Assembly (NCBI RefSeq): GCF_988243305.1
Contig: NZ_OZ547136.1
DNA length: 64,000 nt
Reading direction: 5' to 3' (one strand)
The first letter of the stretch is position 1. Each line of letters opens with the position of its first letter. The notes under the pieces were generated by a model. That model had not been told where the DNA came from. It worked only from the letters and a program-made list of their open reading frames with translations, and did no database searches. The position numbers were made by a program, and so were the translations under genes. Shown piece after piece: positions 25,131 to 37,451 of this stretch.

Positions 25131-27826
25131 TATGCAAGCCTCACAATGTAGTTAAATGCGATGTTTTTGACGGTGTTTTCCGCGTTACCCGCAGCGTTAA
25201 CGGTGATGGTATGTCCATGTGAACCAATCGCAACGGAGTGCGTATGAGCACCAATACCGACAGTATGCGCGTGTGCACCTGCAGATGCTGCTGTGCCGGA
25301 CAGTGAGTGGCTATGATTACCATCTGTACTGGTATTCGCTAACCACCCCGTAGACATACCTACTGAGCCTTGTACACCCCAGGTATTTTGACCTGAGCTT
25401 GTATAACCATATTGATAAGTATCTTTAAAAACACTGGGGTTAAATCGACGGCCATCTCTATGGCTGTGATTACCAGCTGCATTCGTGCTGCCACTTAAAC
25501 TATGGGTATGCGCACCAGTGTTATTCGTGGATTTAGTGCCGTAATCAAACGACGATGTGGTTTTCGTCCCCAAATCCGTACTGGATGCGCTGGCGCTGTG
25601 GGTGTGCGATTTAATGCCGTCCCGTTCCTGAGACAATACGGCACGACCACTGGCAGGTTTGCCCTTAATCGTCCAGCCACGCATATCAGGGATCACGCCT
25701 GACGGATAAGCGGCTGCAAGTTCCGGGTAGGCAGATTTGTCAAAAGTCTGCCCCTGCATCAGGGCATAACCAGACGGAACGGTATCCGATGGCCACGGGA
25801 TTGGTGCGCCAGGCGGATAAAACTGCTCTGATGGCGTATAGAGTGAATAAACTGTACCGTCCGTTAACCCTTCCGGCTTATTAGCAGAATATGCTGGTGA
25901 CGTATGAATCGTCACGCTGGCATTACTGGTATAATCCCATTGAATATTTACACCAGTCGCATAATTTCCGATTGCAACGTAAATATCGTAAGTATCACCA
26001 GATGTATTGACCCAGGCAAAATTTGTAAACCCTGTCGATGTGCGCTGCCATAAAGCACCAGTAATCCCCTTCGGATTACCATTACCTGCACGCAAAACAA
26101 GTTCAGATATACCTGCCTGTTGAGGTGAACCGACGTTAAATCCAGCGCCACCAATCAACGTAATTGAAACAACAGAACTCGCCTGTGGCATGGTTACCGT
26201 TGCTAATTTGAACCAACCAGCACCACCGCTGAATGACATTGTTGTTGAGTTAAGCGTACCAATATCTTTCGGCGTCAGTGTTATATCCTCCGAAAGCGCC
26301 TTACCATTCACCTTACGGTCAGAAGGTACCCGATCATTCGCATTGTCATTCGCTGCTTTAACTGCCTTCGGTGTCGCGGCAAGCGTTTCAGACGTACTGT
26401 TTGTCGCACTGCTGAGCTGTACTATCCCCTTTTTCGTCGTGCTCGCATCCTCAAGCGCCACGGCGGATGCAATATCCTCTGCCCGTTTTGCCGCTGTCTC
26501 AGCGCGCGTTGCTGCGGATTCTGCCGTACTTTTGCTCTGTGCTGCCGCTGTCGCACTGCCAGCAGCCTCTGTCGCCTTTGTGGATGCCGTCGTGGCGCTG
26601 CTCTTCGCTGCTGACGCCTGTCTGGTCGCCTCATCTTTTGAAGCAGACGCCGATGATGCCGATGACGCCGCCGAACTGGCGGACGATGCCGCTGCCGTTT
26701 TTGAGGATTCTGCGCTGGTTTCCGACGCTTTCGCGTTCGTTTCGGATGTCTTCGCTGAGGAAGCAGACCTCGCTGCTGCGCTGGCCTGTTCAGTGGCTTC
26801 GCCAGTCTTCGTTGTGGCTGTTGAAGCGGATGATGCGGCGCTTTCTGCCGATTTTCCGGCGGCGGTGGCACTGACTGAGGCCTGCCCGGCACTTGTTGAT
26901 GCGGCACTGGCGGACGACGCAGCCGCTGTTTTTGAATCTGCCGCAGCTGAGGCACTCTGTCCCGCTGCCGTTTCAGAAGACCTGGCGTTCGTCTCGGACG
27001 TTTTGGCCGCCTTCGCAGAATTTGCTGTCGCCGTTGCCGAGGAAGCTGCGCTGCTGGCGCTCGAGGCTGCGCTCGTTTCTGATGATTTTGCCGCCTCTTT
27101 TGAAGCCGACGCATCCCGGGCTGAGGTGGCAGCTTCTGACGCTTTCGTGGTCGCGGTGGATGCAGAAGTGGCTGCTGATTGTTGTGACGCTGCGGCATTC
27201 GTTTCTGACGTTTTCGCCGCAGCGGCACTGGTGGCCGCCGCGCTTTTTGAGGACTCTGCAGCGGCAGCACTTTTTTCCGCTTCAGTGGCCTTTGTTGATG
27301 CCGTTTCTGCGCTGGAAGACGCTGACTGAGCCGACGACGCGGCCTGTCCGGCTGACATGCTGGCTGCGCGTGCTGAGCCTGCAGCATCAGTCGCATGGGT
27401 TGCCGCCTCACGGGCTGATGTGCTGGCATCGCCGGCTGACTTCTTCGCGGCTGCCGTGTTCTGTGCCACTGCGGACGCGTTACGCTCCACCTCTTCCACC
27501 ATCACTTCAAAACGGCGCAGTGCCTCCGGTCGGACATCATCCTCCGTCATGGCACCGAGAAAATCATTCAGCGTACCTGGTCTGGAACCTTCATAGACGG
27601 TAATGGTCCCGGCATGTGAAGGCGGAAAACCTTCAACCAGCAGGGTGACGCTGTACTGACCATGCTCAACATCCATGCTGTAACGTCCGGCTTCATCCGG
27701 ATTTTCAGAGGCCACCGTGTTCACCACCACCGTGCTGCTGGTTCGTCTGGCCTTCAGCACAATGGTGCAGTTCTGTACTGGTTTTCCTGTGCCATCTTTA
27801 AGCACGCCAGAAATTTTTACTGTCAT
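25130..27826 (-). CDS. stf: Side tail fibre protein with expanded Ala/Ser/Thr-rich repeats
   Basis: 898-aa ORF; N-terminus ([22 protein letters not shown]) and C-terminus (...[24 protein letters not shown]) match remembered lambda Stf. Confidence 0.9.
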   Translation of the reverse strand: MTVKISGVLKDGTGKPVQNCTIVLKARRTSSTVVVNTVASENPDEAGRYSMDVEHGQYSVTLLVEGFPPSHAGTITVYEGSRPGTLNDFLGAMTEDDVRPEALRRFEVMVEEVERNASAVAQNTAAAKKSAGDASTSAREAATHATDAAGSARAASMSAGQAASSAQSASSSAETASTKATEAEKSAAAAESSKSAAATSAAAAKTSETNAAASQQSAATSASTATTKASEAATSARDASASKEAAKSSETSAASSASSAASSATATANSAKAAKTSETNARSSETAAGQSASAAADSKTAAASSASAASTSAGQASVSATAAGKSAESAASSASTATTKTGEATEQASAAARSASSAKTSETNAKASETSAESSKTAAASSASSAASSASSASASKDEATRQASAAKSSATTASTKATEAAGSATAAAQSKSTAESAATRAETAAKRAEDIASAVALEDASTTKKGIVQLSSATNSTSETLAATPKAVKAANDNANDRVPSDRKVNGKALSEDITLTPKDIGTLNSTTMSFSGGAGWFKLATVTMPQASSVVSITLIGGAGFNVGSPQQAGISELVLRAGNGNPKGITGALWQRTSTGFTNFAWVNTSGDTYDIYVAIGNYATGVNIQWDYTSNASVTIHTSPAYSANKPEGLTDGTVYSLYTPSEQFYPPGAPIPWPSDTVPSGYALMQGQTFDKSAYPELAAAYPSGVIPDMRGWTIKGKPASGRAVLSQERDGIKSHTHSASASSTDLGTKTTSSFDYGTKSTNNTGAHTHSLSGSTNAAGNHSHRDGRRFNPSVFKDTYQYGYTSSGQNTWGVQGSVGMSTGWLANTSTDGNHSHSLSGTAASAGAHAHTVGIGAHTHSVAIGSHGHTITVNAAGNAENTVKNIAFNYIVRLA

Positions 27827-27977
27827 ACTTTTCCACCAATAAAAAAAGCCCGCAGCAGTGACGCCACGGGCTTCAGGACAGTGTAACTTTACGTTTCCTC
27901 AAACGCAGTTCACCCCATAAGGTGGATGAACCTGCGTATCATAACAATATTTACAGAAGATAAATCGGCGTCTGTTG

Positions 27978-28577
27978 TCAGAAACGGTATCCGATACCAA
28001 CAATAAATGCATCCGTTCGCCAGTCGCCACTACCGGAACCTTCATAAGCAAGGTCAATGGTCACGGATTCGGTCGGGTTAAACTGCACGCCAGCCCCCCA
28101 CGCCAGAGACGTGTTGCTGTGGCGACCGTCATCACTTCCGGTCAGCACATCGTGCGTTTTCCCCTTGTTGTCAGTTACGCGGAGATAATCCCCGGAGAAA
28201 GTCGACACACGGCTGTAAGACACACCCGCCATCGCATACGCGCTGAACCATTCATTCACGCGCACAGACGGCCCCGCCATTACGCTGAACCAGCGGTTAC
28301 GAACGGAATCTTCATGCCAGCGGGTATCGCTGTAACGGGTCAGCTGGCGATTCTTGTCTCCTGCATAGCTGAATGACGTCACCAGCCCCAGTGTGTCCGT
28401 AAACTCATAACGGTATTTCACGTTAATCCCGTTCAGATCATCACTGCCGGGGACGTTCGTCGAGGCATGAAGATACCCCGCGCTCAGCGTGGACTGATGT
28501 TCAGACGCCCATGCAGGCGCACCGGATACGGCCAGACAAATGGCTGCGGACAAAATTGCTGCACAAACTTTACGCAT
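27978..28577 (-). CDS. lom: Lom/Ail-family outer membrane protein
   Basis: 199-aa ORF with signal peptide and beta-barrel character, ending in the aromatic residue typical of the family; lambda-like position between J and stf. Confidence 0.85.
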   Translation of the reverse strand: MRKVCAAILSAAICLAVSGAPAWASEHQSTLSAGYLHASTNVPGSDDLNGINVKYRYEFTDTLGLVTSFSYAGDKNRQLTRYSDTRWHEDSVRNRWFSVMAGPSVRVNEWFSAYAMAGVSYSRVSTFSGDYLRVTDNKGKTHDVLTGSDDGRHSNTSLAWGAGVQFNPTESVTIDLAYEGSGSGDWRTDAFIVGIGYRF

Positions 28578-28647
28578 AATTACCTCTCGCTTTTCTGCAA
28601 TAAAAAAGGCGTCACTCCTGACGCCCTTTATTGGGGTTATAAATATT

Positions 28648-31600
28648 TCAACGAATACTGATGCCGGAAGCGGCTTTTTTGGTCACAATCACCGTACAGT
28701 CGGTGATATTGCCTGCCCCCTGATTGCCTTTCTGGAAAATCTTAAACTCCAGAGTGACGCTACCACCACCACTAGGCATATCAATAACTGCACTGTAACT
28801 ACCGGGAATGGCCCCTTTAGTTTCTCTGGATGCGATTAATACGCCGTTTTTGCGAACTTCAAAACCATAACCCGTGTATCGCGTGCCTCCTGGGTTATTT
28901 CCGCTCCCCGGATCGTCATACGCTATACCGTTAAAAATAATGGGCGGAATAATAATCTGGCGGTCAAAGTTATGATCATCGCTGATGGTGACTGTAACCG
29001 TACCGTTTGGTGTTTCCGTGTTACCCCACGTACCGACTTTTTTCGGGAAGGCTTTTGATACAGCTTTAACGAAATCCCCTCTGACCTGGGTCGCCTCCAG
29101 CATGCCCTTAATCGTACAGTTCTGGTTAATCTTGACATTGTTGAGCGTTCCTGAGTTCGCATTCACACTGCCACTGATATCCGCATTTTTAGCGGTCAGC
29201 TTTCCGTCTGATGTCAGGGAAAATACCGGAGGACTGCCACCGCTGGTAATGGTGGGGGCCGTCAGGCGCTTCAGGAACACGTCGTTCATGAATATCTGGT
29301 TGCCCTGCGCCACAAACATCGGCGTTTCATTCCCGTTTGCCGGGTCAATAAACGCGATACGGTTAGCGGCAACCAGAAACTGGCTCAGCTTGCCTTCCTC
29401 CGTGTCCTCCATGCTGAGGCCAATACCCGCGACATAATGTTTGCCGTCTTTGGTCTGCTCAATTTTGACGCCCCACATGGCATTCCATTTATCGTTAGCG
29501 TCCTTCCACTCTTTCGAAAACTCCTCCAGTCTGCTGGCGTTATCTTCCGTCAGCTCAAAGTTTTCCAGCAGTTCCTTGCCGAGATGCGTTTTATTGATCA
29601 ACCCTTTATAAAAATTCAGATAACCTTCCGCATCATCGCTCGCCCGACCGACGGCCTCCACAAATGCCGATTTACCAACGGTGTTCACGCTGCGGATATA
29701 AAAGTAATAATCATAACCTGGCTTAATATTGCTACTGGCGGCTATCCAGTACAGCGCCGTACCAAGATAACGCGCGCTGGTTTCAACCTGCCTGATATCG
29801 ATAATCCGCTTTTCCGAGAACCAGAACTCAAACTGCACCGTCGGGTCATATACAGCCAGTTTCGGGACCGCTGTTATCTGAAAATACCCTGGTATCAGTT
29901 CAATAGTGACAGGCGCTGCCGGTGCCGCAATCCGGAACGATACCGATGCCGGATCGCCCTGCTGCCCCCACGCATTTACCGCCCGGACCGTCAGCGTGTA
30001 ACGCCCCAGCGCCAGTTGCCTGAAGCGGTATGTGGTTTCCGCCGTCCGGGCCGTGCTGACCAGCCGCTCACTGCCGTCATCCGCTGTTACGGTCAGACGG
30101 AGCAGGAAGCTCACGCCCTTCACCACCTTCGGCGTGTCCCAGCGCGCCAGCACCTGGTATTCCCCGCTGTCTGCGGTGACTTCTGCGGTCAGGTGCTGCA
30201 CCGCTGGCGGCGTGACACCATTTACCGTGCCGCTCTGGTCGCCGTCAAAGTGCGCCCCGTTATCCACGATGGCCTCTTTTTCCGGTACATGCTGCACGGC
30301 GGTGATGGCATACGTGCCGTCGTCGTTCTCACGGATACTCACGCAGCGGAACAGGCGCTGGCGCAGCGTCGGCAGCTTCAGCCCCCATACGCTGTATTCA
30401 GCAACGCCGTCAGGAACACGGCTCACTTTCACCTTCACGCCGTCGGTGACGGACTGAACCTCCACGCTGACCGGACTCCCCTGCCCGTCAACCAGGCTTA
30501 TCAGCGTGGTGCCGGAAGATGGCAGCGTGATTTCACGGTCGAGCGTCAGCGTCCGGGTCTGGCTGTTTACCGCCAGCACGCGCCCGCCGGTGCGGATACC
30601 GGCATAGTCATCATCGCAGATTTCAATGACATCGCCCGGTACATGGCGAAGCCCTTCGGCACCCACGCTGAAGTCCACGGTCTGCGTTTCCAGCAGTTCT
30701 GTTTTAATCAGCCACAGCCCGGCGCGGTGTGCCTGCCCCCGGCTGGTACAGCCAAAAGCATCCATCTTCGTGACGTTACGACCGTAACGGGCAATGGCCT
30801 GCGTGTCCTCCACAAGCTCTGTCGCCGTCTCCCAGCCGTTATTCGGGTCAATCCAGTTCACCTCAACGGCATTATGGCGGTCCTTCAGGGCGCTGAAGCT
30901 GTAGCGGAACGGCGCGCCATCATCCGGCATCACCACATTACTGCGGTTATAGGTCCACACCTTATCCGACGGTCGGTCCTGCACGAACGTCAGCGTCTGC
31001 CCGTTCCATACCGGCATACAGCGCATCGCCGAGCAGAAATCACTGAGCACATCCCACGCCTTACGCTGTGTGGTCAGCCAGGCATTACAGGTGATGCGCG
31101 GCTCCGTGCCGCCAAAACCATTCGGTACCAACTGGTCGCAGTACTGGCCGATAACGTACAGCGCCCATTTGTCCACATCTGCCGCACCAAGACGTTTCCC
31201 CATGCCGTAGCGCGGGTGGGTCAGCATATCCCACAGACACCAGGCCATGTTGTTGCTGTATGCTGGCTTTAACGTTCCGTCCCAGATACCGCTGTATTGC
31301 CGCGTCTGCGGGTTATAGTTCGACGGCACCTGCAGAATACGCCCGCGAAGATGATAATTACGGCTCACCTGCTGGCTGCCGAACTGCTCCGAGTCCACCT
31401 GCACGCCGACCAGTGCCGTGTTCGGGTAGCACTGTTTCACATCGATGATTTCGGTGTATGACGACCAGAGCGTTTTGTTCTGCAGCTGGTCTGTGGTGCT
31501 GTCCGGCGTCATCCTGCGCATCCGGATATTAAACGGGCGCGGCGGCAGGCTACCCACCACCACCGAGGCCAGATACTGCGAGGTGGTTTTGCCCTTAATG

Positions 31601-32061
31601 GTGATGTCTTTTTCCGTCACCCAGCCACCGTTACGTTGTATCTGAACCAGCAGACGGACTTCCGACGGATTCCTGTCACCCTTTGAGGTGTTTTCCACCA
31701 GTGCCTGTACACCGAAGGTAAAGCGCAGACGGTCGATGTTTGCAGACGTAATGGTGCGGGTGATCGGCGTGTCATATTTCACTTCCGTACCCAGCACCGT
31801 CTCGGAGCCGGAGGATTCAAACCCCTCCGGCGGTGTCTGCTCCTGCTCACCGGCACGGAACACCACCGTGACACCGGAGATGTTGGTATTCCCCTCAGTG
31901 TCCAGCACCGGCGTACTGTTCAGCAGCACGCTTTTTAATCCATCCACCGGACCTTCAACCGGCCCTTCGCTGATGGCATCGATCACACTCAGCAACTGCG
32001 TGGACTTCAGGTTGTCCTTCGCTTCGCGCGGGGTATGCCCCTTACTGCTTCCTTTACCCAT
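28648..32061 (-). CDS. J: Tail tip / host specificity protein J
   Basis: 1137-aa ORF beginning [34 protein letters not shown]. Confidence 0.95.
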   Translation of the reverse strand: MGKGSSKGHTPREAKDNLKSTQLLSVIDAISEGPVEGPVDGLKSVLLNSTPVLDTEGNTNISGVTVVFRAGEQEQTPPEGFESSGSETVLGTEVKYDTPITRTITSANIDRLRFTFGVQALVENTSKGDRNPSEVRLLVQIQRNGGWVTEKDITIKGKTTSQYLASVVVGSLPPRPFNIRMRRMTPDSTTDQLQNKTLWSSYTEIIDVKQCYPNTALVGVQVDSEQFGSQQVSRNYHLRGRILQVPSNYNPQTRQYSGIWDGTLKPAYSNNMAWCLWDMLTHPRYGMGKRLGAADVDKWALYVIGQYCDQLVPNGFGGTEPRITCNAWLTTQRKAWDVLSDFCSAMRCMPVWNGQTLTFVQDRPSDKVWTYNRSNVVMPDDGAPFRYSFSALKDRHNAVEVNWIDPNNGWETATELVEDTQAIARYGRNVTKMDAFGCTSRGQAHRAGLWLIKTELLETQTVDFSVGAEGLRHVPGDVIEICDDDYAGIRTGGRVLAVNSQTRTLTLDREITLPSSGTTLISLVDGQGSPVSVEVQSVTDGVKVKVSRVPDGVAEYSVWGLKLPTLRQRLFRCVSIRENDDGTYAITAVQHVPEKEAIVDNGAHFDGDQSGTVNGVTPPAVQHLTAEVTADSGEYQVLARWDTPKVVKGVSFLLRLTVTADDGSERLVSTARTAETTYRFRQLALGRYTLTVRAVNAWGQQGDPASVSFRIAAPAAPVTIELIPGYFQITAVPKLAVYDPTVQFEFWFSEKRIIDIRQVETSARYLGTALYWIAASSNIKPGYDYYFYIRSVNTVGKSAFVEAVGRASDDAEGYLNFYKGLINKTHLGKELLENFELTEDNASRLEEFSKEWKDANDKWNAMWGVKIEQTKDGKHYVAGIGLSMEDTEEGKLSQFLVAANRIAFIDPANGNETPMFVAQGNQIFMNDVFLKRLTAPTITSGGSPPVFSLTSDGKLTAKNADISGSVNANSGTLNNVKINQNCTIKGMLEATQVRGDFVKAVSKAFPKKVGTWGNTETPNGTVTVTISDDHNFDRQIIIPPIIFNGIAYDDPGSGNNPGGTRYTGYGFEVRKNGVLIASRETKGAIPGSYSAVIDMPSGGGSVTLEFKIFQKGNQGAGNITDCTVIVTKKAASGISIR

Positions 32062-32121
32062 TCCTCACGCTCCATAAATGACAAAACCGCCCGCAGGCGG
32101 TTTCACATAAAACATTTTGCA

Positions 32122-32793
32122 TCAGCGACCAATCACCACAACCTGACCACCGTCCCCTTCGTCTGCCGTGCTGATCTCCTGAGAAACCACGCGTGACCCC
32201 ACGCGCATTTCCCCGTACAGAACGGGCAGAACATTGCCCTGGGCAACCATATTATCCAGCGAAGAAAAATAGGTGTTCTGTTTGCCGTTATCTGTTGCCT
32301 GTGTGCGGGGAGTTCTGGCTTTCGGTGCCAGCATCTGCGCCACACCACCGAGCACCATACTGGCACCGAGAGAAAACAGGATGCCGGTCATCCCACCGGC
32401 CCCAATGGCTGCCCCCCATGCTGCAAGGGTGACTCCGGCGGTAAAGAATGATCCGGCAATGGCGGCAGCCCCCAGGACAATCTGGAATACGCCACCTGAC
32501 TTGGCCCCGGCGACTCTGGGAACAATATGAATCACAGCGCCATCAGGCAGAGTCTCATGTAACTGCGCCGTTAACCCGGACGTGCTGACGTCCCGCCCGG
32601 CAATCCGTACCTGATACCAGCCGTCGCTCAGTTTCTGACGAAACGCCGGGAGCTGTGTGGCCAGTGCGCGGATGGCTTCAGCCCCCGTTTTCACACGAAG
32701 GTCGATGCGGCGGCCAAATCGTTGCAAATCCCCGTAAAGGCAGATGCGCGCCATGCCCGGTGACGCCAGAGGGAGTGTGTGCGTCGCTGCCAT
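32122..32793 (-). CDS. I: Tail assembly protein I
   Basis: 223-aa ORF in the lambda I position and of lambda I size. Confidence 0.85.
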   Translation of the reverse strand: MAATHTLPLASPGMARICLYGDLQRFGRRIDLRVKTGAEAIRALATQLPAFRQKLSDGWYQVRIAGRDVSTSGLTAQLHETLPDGAVIHIVPRVAGAKSGGVFQIVLGAAAIAGSFFTAGVTLAAWGAAIGAGGMTGILFSLGASMVLGGVAQMLAPKARTPRTQATDNGKQNTYFSSLDNMVAQGNVLPVLYGEMRVGSRVVSQEISTADEGDGGQVVVIGR

Positions 32794-33434
32794 TTGTCGG
32801 TGTACCTCTCTCGTTTGCTCAGTTGTTCAGGAATATGGTGCAGCAGCTCGCCGTCGCCGCAGTAAATGGCGGCGTGATTCGGCACCGATGAACCAAAACA
32901 GCACAGCAGCACATCGCCCGGCTGTGCCGCTGACAACGGCACCTGATACAGCCCCGTCGCCTCCAGATTATCCAGATAGAGATTCTGACCGTGACGCCAC
33001 CAGTCATCCTCACGATGAAAGTCCGGCATCTCAATCCCCGCCAGATGATAAGCATCCCGGAACAGTGTGTAACAGTCCGTCACACCGTGCTCAAAGCGCC
33101 GCCCGGTGAGATGCGGCACACAGCGGAACTTATGAATCGTCCCCCGGCAGACCAGCCACCACGGCAAATCACTCTGCACCTGCAGCCGCCGGTCGGCCTC
33201 ACTCAGCCAGGGCAGACCACCGGGGTGGCTGTGGACCAGCGCCACAATCTCACCCTGCATTTCTGCCTGCAGCCAGTCTTCCGGCGACATACGGAAATAC
33301 GCCTCCGGCTCACCGGAAATATTCATGCAGGGAAAATATCTTTCCCCCTCCGGCGTTCTCACCACGAAGCCGCACGACTCCGCTGGCGCACATCGCCGGG
33401 CGTGCGCCAGAATCGCTGATTCTGTCTCTGTCAT
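32691..33434 (-). CDS. K: Tail assembly protein K (MPN/JAB + NlpC/P60 domains)
   Basis: ORF 32691..33698 trimmed to the MTETESAILAHARRCAP start; HSHPGG JAB motif; 3' overlap with I as in lambda. Start uncertain. Confidence 0.75.
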   Translation of the reverse strand: MTETESAILAHARRCAPAESCGFVVRTPEGERYFPCMNISGEPEAYFRMSPEDWLQAEMQGEIVALVHSHPGGLPWLSEADRRLQVQSDLPWWLVCRGTIHKFRCVPHLTGRRFEHGVTDCYTLFRDAYHLAGIEMPDFHREDDWWRHGQNLYLDNLEATGLYQVPLSAAQPGDVLLCCFGSSVPNHAAIYCGDGELLHHIPEQLSKRERYTDKWQRRTHSLWRHRAWRASAFTGICNDLAAASTFV

Positions 33435-33438
33435 GGGA

Positions 33439-34137
33439 TTACTGCGAAAGTTTGTTAATGGAAAGGAAGCCGCCAAAGTTGCCGACGTTATTGCGGAACT
33501 TACAGCCACCCAGGCATTTGCTGCATTTATCCTTCGTGATATCGGACGTCGGCTGGTCATATTCATCCGCGACAGCCGGACCGCTATAACCGCACTCGTC
33601 ACCGCGATAGGTCCAGGTGCAGGTGTTGGCCAGCATGATACGTCCCGGAAAAACAGCGCCATCCGTTTCCGTCGGCGTGGACAGTACAAAGGAGGCACTC
33701 ACCGCGCTCAGTTCGCTGCACTGCTCGATGCGCCAGCGGCTGATCACCTCCTGCTCCGGATCGGCGTCACTGTTTCCGTTGACGAAGTTCACCGCATCCA
33801 GAAAACGGGCGTAAACCTTACGCCGGACCACCGTTCCGCCGACCAGACTCTGCAGATCTTCCGCCATCCCGGTGACCATACCGTACAGGTTAGAAACCGT
33901 CAGCGTGGGGCGCGTACTGGTGCCTTTGCCATTCAGTTCAAAACCGCTCCCCTGAATGGGATACGGCTGATACTGTCGCCCCTGCCAGGTGACCGGCTCA
34001 CCTTTTTCGTTCTGCTCATTACAGAAAAAATAACGTTCTCCACCGACCTCTGTCAGGTCGATTTCCCAGAGCACCACGCTGGCCGACTGCTCCGCACGGG
34101 TGCATTCATTCAGTGTTTCCTGCCGGATATCCTGCAT
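33439..34137 (-). CDS. L: Minor tail protein L
   Basis: 232-aa ORF matching remembered lambda L. Confidence 0.9.
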   Translation of the reverse strand: MQDIRQETLNECTRAEQSASVVLWEIDLTEVGGERYFFCNEQNEKGEPVTWQGRQYQPYPIQGSGFELNGKGTSTRPTLTVSNLYGMVTGMAEDLQSLVGGTVVRRKVYARFLDAVNFVNGNSDADPEQEVISRWRIEQCSELSAVSASFVLSTPTETDGAVFPGRIMLANTCTWTYRGDECGYSGPAVADEYDQPTSDITKDKCSKCLGGCKFRNNVGNFGGFLSINKLSQ

Positions 34138-34466
34138 CAGTTCACCACCTGTTCAAACTCTGCGCTGAACTCAACACGCAGCATACTGACCCGCGACGAC
34201 CATTTTGCGCAGGTCACCTTTATCTGCCGCCACTCATAAGGCGGCGTCCACAGAAAGGATTTCCAGCCCCCGTGCTCTTCCAGAAACGACTCCAGTACCG
34301 TGGCCTCCTCACGGGGGACAGAAAGCGTCACGCTGTACGTTTTCAGGTTGGCATTCAGCCCGGCAGGCGCTCGCTGGGAATAGCCATCACCAAAGCGCAC
34401 CTTTCTTACAGAAGGGGCCGAAGCCACATCCATACCGGGTTTCACTTTCCAGCGGAAGGTTTTCAT
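34137..34466 (-). CDS. M: Minor tail protein M
   Basis: 109-aa ORF between H and L. Confidence 0.9.
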   Translation of the reverse strand: MKTFRWKVKPGMDVASAPSVRKVRFGDGYSQRAPAGLNANLKTYSVTLSVPREEATVLESFLEEHGGWKSFLWTPPYEWRQIKVTCAKWSSRVSMLRVEFSAEFEQVVN

Positions 34467-37024
34467 CGTCCACCTCCGGAGAACAGGCCACCATCACGCA
34501 TCTGTGTCTGAATTTCATCACGGGCACCCTTGCGGGCCATGTCATACACCGCCTTCAGAGCAGCCGGACCTATCTGCCCGTTCGTGCCGTCGTTGTTAAT
34601 CACCACATGGTTATTCTGCTCAAACGTCCCGGACGCCTGCGACCGGCTGTCAGCCAGACTGCCCGGTGTACCGACATAACCACCGGTGGCATAGCCGCGC
34701 ATCAGCCGGTAGAGATTCCCCACGCCAATCCGGCTGGTTGCCTCCTTCGTGAAGACAAATTCACCACGGTGAACAATCCCCGCTGGCTCATATTTGCCGC
34801 CGGTTCCTGTGAATCCTCCGGTTGCAAAATGGAATTTCGCCGCAGCGGCCTGAATGGCTGTACCGCCTGACGCGGATGCGCCGCCACCAACAGCCCCGCC
34901 AATGGCGCTGCCGATACTCCCGACAATCCCCACCATTGCCTGCTTAAGCAGAATTTCTGTCATCATGGACAGCACGGAACGGGTGAAGCTGCGCCAGTTC
35001 TGCTCACTGCCGGTCAGCATCGCTGCCATATTCTGTGCAATACCATCAAAGGTCTGCGTGGCTGCACTTTTTACCTGCGACATACTGTCCGTGGCGCTCT
35101 CTTCCCACTCACTCCAGCCGGACTTCAGGCCTGCCATCCAGCTCCCGCGAAGCTGGTCTTCAGCCGCCCTGGTCTTTTTCTGCTCTGACATGACGTTATT
35201 CAGCGCCAGCGGATTATCGCCATACTGTTCCTTCAGGCGCTGTTCCGTGGCTTCCCGTTCTGCCTGCCGGTCAGTCAGCCCCCGGCTTTTCGCATCAATG
35301 GCGGCCCGTTTTGCCCGTTGCTGCTGTGCGAATTTATCCGCCTGCTGCGCCAGCGCGTTCAGGCGCTCCTGATACGTAACCTTGTCGCCAAGTGCAGCCA
35401 GCTGGCGTTTGTACTCCAGCGTCTCATCTTTATGCGCCAGCAGGGATTTCTCCTGTGCGGACAGCTGGCGACGTTGTGCCGCCTCCTCCAGTACCGCGAA
35501 CTGACTTTCTGCCTTCCACAAATCCCGGCGCTGCTGGCTGATTTTCTCATTCGCTCCGGCATGCTTCTCCAGCGTCCGGAGTTCTGCCTGAAGCGTCAGC
35601 AGGGCAGCATGAGCACTGTCTTCCTGACGATCGCCCGCAGACACCTTCACGCCGGACTGTTTCGGCTTTTTCAGCGTCGCTTCATAATCCTTTTTCGCCG
35701 CCGCCATCAGCGTGTTGTAATCTGCCTGCAGGATTTTCCCGTCTTTCAGGGCCTTGTTCAGTTCTTCCTGACGGGCGGTATATTTCTCCAGTGGCGTCCG
35801 CAGGCGTTCGTAAGCCTTCTGCGCCTCTTCGGTATATTTCAGCCGTGACGCTTCGGTATCGCTCTGCTGCTGCGCATTTTTGTCCTGTTGAGTCTGCTGC
35901 TCAGCCTTCTTTCGGGCGGCTTCAAGCGCAAGACGGGCCTTTTCACGATCATCCCAGTAACGCGCCCGCGCTTCATCGTTAACAAAATAATCATCCTTGC
36001 GCAGACTCCAGATGTCGTCCGCTTTCTTAAACGCAGCCTCTGCCTTAATCAGCATCTCCTGAGCGGTATCAGGACGACCAGTATCCAGCACCGCATCCCA
36101 CATGGATTTGAATGCTCGTGCTGTCCTGTCTGCCCAGGTCTCCAGCGTGCCCATGTTCTCTTTCAGGCGACGGGTCTGGTCATCAAACCCTTTCGTTGCT
36201 GCCTCGTTCGCCGCCTGCAATGCCCCGGCACCATCGCCGGAACGCTGCAACTGAGCAACATACGCAATCTGCTCCGCCGTCACGTTATGGAACTGGCGCG
36301 CCATCGCTGTCAGCCCCGACGTCGGGTCTGTGGTCAGCTTCCCGAAGGCTTCAGCGACCTTGTCCACCTCCACGCCGGATGCAGAGGAGAAACGCGCCAC
36401 ACTCTGGCTGATGGATGCAATCTGAGCCTCACCGCTTACTCCCGCCTTAACCAGTGCGCTGAGTGACTCGCTGGTCTGGTTAAACGTCAGCCCTGCCGCC
36501 TGCCCGGCTCTGGACAGGACCAGCATACGATCTGCCGTCAGACCCGACTGATTGCCGGAAAGGACCAGCGTTTTGTTGAAATCGGACAGGGTTGAGTTGC
36601 CCTGATACCAGGCATACGCCAGCGCACTGGTCGCCACCGCCAGCGAGGTGGCCCCGACCATCGGCAGGGTGATCGCACCGGCAAGCCCCCTGAACATGGG
36701 GATCATCCCGCCGAAGGAGTCCTTCACCTGACCACCCTGTTGCAGCAGGATCAGCCACGGACTTTGCCCGCCTGCAAGCTGCGTGGCCACGTCGGTGAAC
36801 TGCGCAGGCAGCATACGCATGGCGGCTTTATACTGCCCGACGGAAATCCCCGCTTTCTGTGCAGCCAGTGCCTGTCGGCTCAGCGACTGTTCAACGACTG
36901 CCGCTGTTTTTTTCGCATCACTTTCCGTACCGGAAAAATGACGCCTGACTCTGGCCATCTGCTCGTCAAATCTGGCCGCATCCAGACTTAAATCAACGAC
37001 CAGATCGCCTACCGGTTCAGCCAT
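34463..37024 (-). CDS. H: Tail tape measure protein H
   Basis: 853-aa ORF, same length as lambda H; coiled-coil-rich centre. Confidence 0.95.
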   Translation of the reverse strand: MAEPVGDLVVDLSLDAARFDEQMARVRRHFSGTESDAKKTAAVVEQSLSRQALAAQKAGISVGQYKAAMRMLPAQFTDVATQLAGGQSPWLILLQQGGQVKDSFGGMIPMFRGLAGAITLPMVGATSLAVATSALAYAWYQGNSTLSDFNKTLVLSGNQSGLTADRMLVLSRAGQAAGLTFNQTSESLSALVKAGVSGEAQIASISQSVARFSSASGVEVDKVAEAFGKLTTDPTSGLTAMARQFHNVTAEQIAYVAQLQRSGDGAGALQAANEAATKGFDDQTRRLKENMGTLETWADRTARAFKSMWDAVLDTGRPDTAQEMLIKAEAAFKKADDIWSLRKDDYFVNDEARARYWDDREKARLALEAARKKAEQQTQQDKNAQQQSDTEASRLKYTEEAQKAYERLRTPLEKYTARQEELNKALKDGKILQADYNTLMAAAKKDYEATLKKPKQSGVKVSAGDRQEDSAHAALLTLQAELRTLEKHAGANEKISQQRRDLWKAESQFAVLEEAAQRRQLSAQEKSLLAHKDETLEYKRQLAALGDKVTYQERLNALAQQADKFAQQQRAKRAAIDAKSRGLTDRQAEREATEQRLKEQYGDNPLALNNVMSEQKKTRAAEDQLRGSWMAGLKSGWSEWEESATDSMSQVKSAATQTFDGIAQNMAAMLTGSEQNWRSFTRSVLSMMTEILLKQAMVGIVGSIGSAIGGAVGGGASASGGTAIQAAAAKFHFATGGFTGTGGKYEPAGIVHRGEFVFTKEATSRIGVGNLYRLMRGYATGGYVGTPGSLADSRSQASGTFEQNNHVVINNDGTNGQIGPAALKAVYDMARKGARDEIQTQMRDGGLFSGGGR

Positions 37025-37451
37025 ACCGGACTCCTCCTGCGATCCCTTCTGATACTGTCATCAGCATTACGTCATCCTCCGTCATGTCCGCCACATCCGG
37101 GGAAGTAGGGATAACTTCATTCCCGTCCGGGCCAAAGCGGGCACCTCCGCCAAGCCCTGCCGCTTTCTGCATCAGCACATCATCTTCAGGCTCTTCGTCA
37201 GCCTCGCGCCGGTTCAGCAAACTGAAATCCAGCGGATGCATATCCGGATCGCTGAAAAACAGGCTGAGCACGGTGTACGTCAGCCCGGAAAAGTGCATAT
37301 CCAGCAGAACATCATGAAAATAATGGGTACTGTAAAAGCGGTGCCAGTCGGCATACTCCGTGGATGACATCCCGGCAAGCATGGCACGCCAGTCGGGTCG
37401 CCCCATCTCACGCGCCAGTTTCAGGGCAAAACTCAGCTCACCGTCGAACAC
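37017..37451 (-). CDS. T: T-frame portion of the G-T tail assembly chaperone (made by -1 frameshift from G)
   Basis: -1 frame ORF overlapping the 3' end of G and continuing to the start of H. Confidence 0.8.
   Translation of the reverse strand: MFDGELSFALKLAREMGRPDWRAMLAGMSSTEYADWHRFYSTHYFHDVLLDMHFSGLTYTVLSLFFSDPDMHPLDFSLLNRREADEEPEDDVLMQKAAGLGGGARFGPDGNEVIPTSPDVADMTEDDVMLMTVSEGIAGGVRYG

Noticed and set aside
26190-27429. Long Ala-rich plus-strand ORF (379 aa) and Arg/Pro/Gln-rich minus-strand ORF (335 aa)
   Set aside because: Alternative-frame artefacts of the repetitive stf repeat tract; stf in its own frame matches lambda Stf at both ends.
29437-31272. 611-aa ORF on the plus strand
   Set aside because: Lies entirely antisense within gene J, which is clearly the real gene; long antisense ORFs are expected in GC-rich coding DNA.
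32691-33698. Full 335-aa extent of the ORF containing K
   Set aside because: The N-terminal 88 codons overlap the 3' end of L in another frame; the K product most plausibly starts at the MTETESA methionine (33434).
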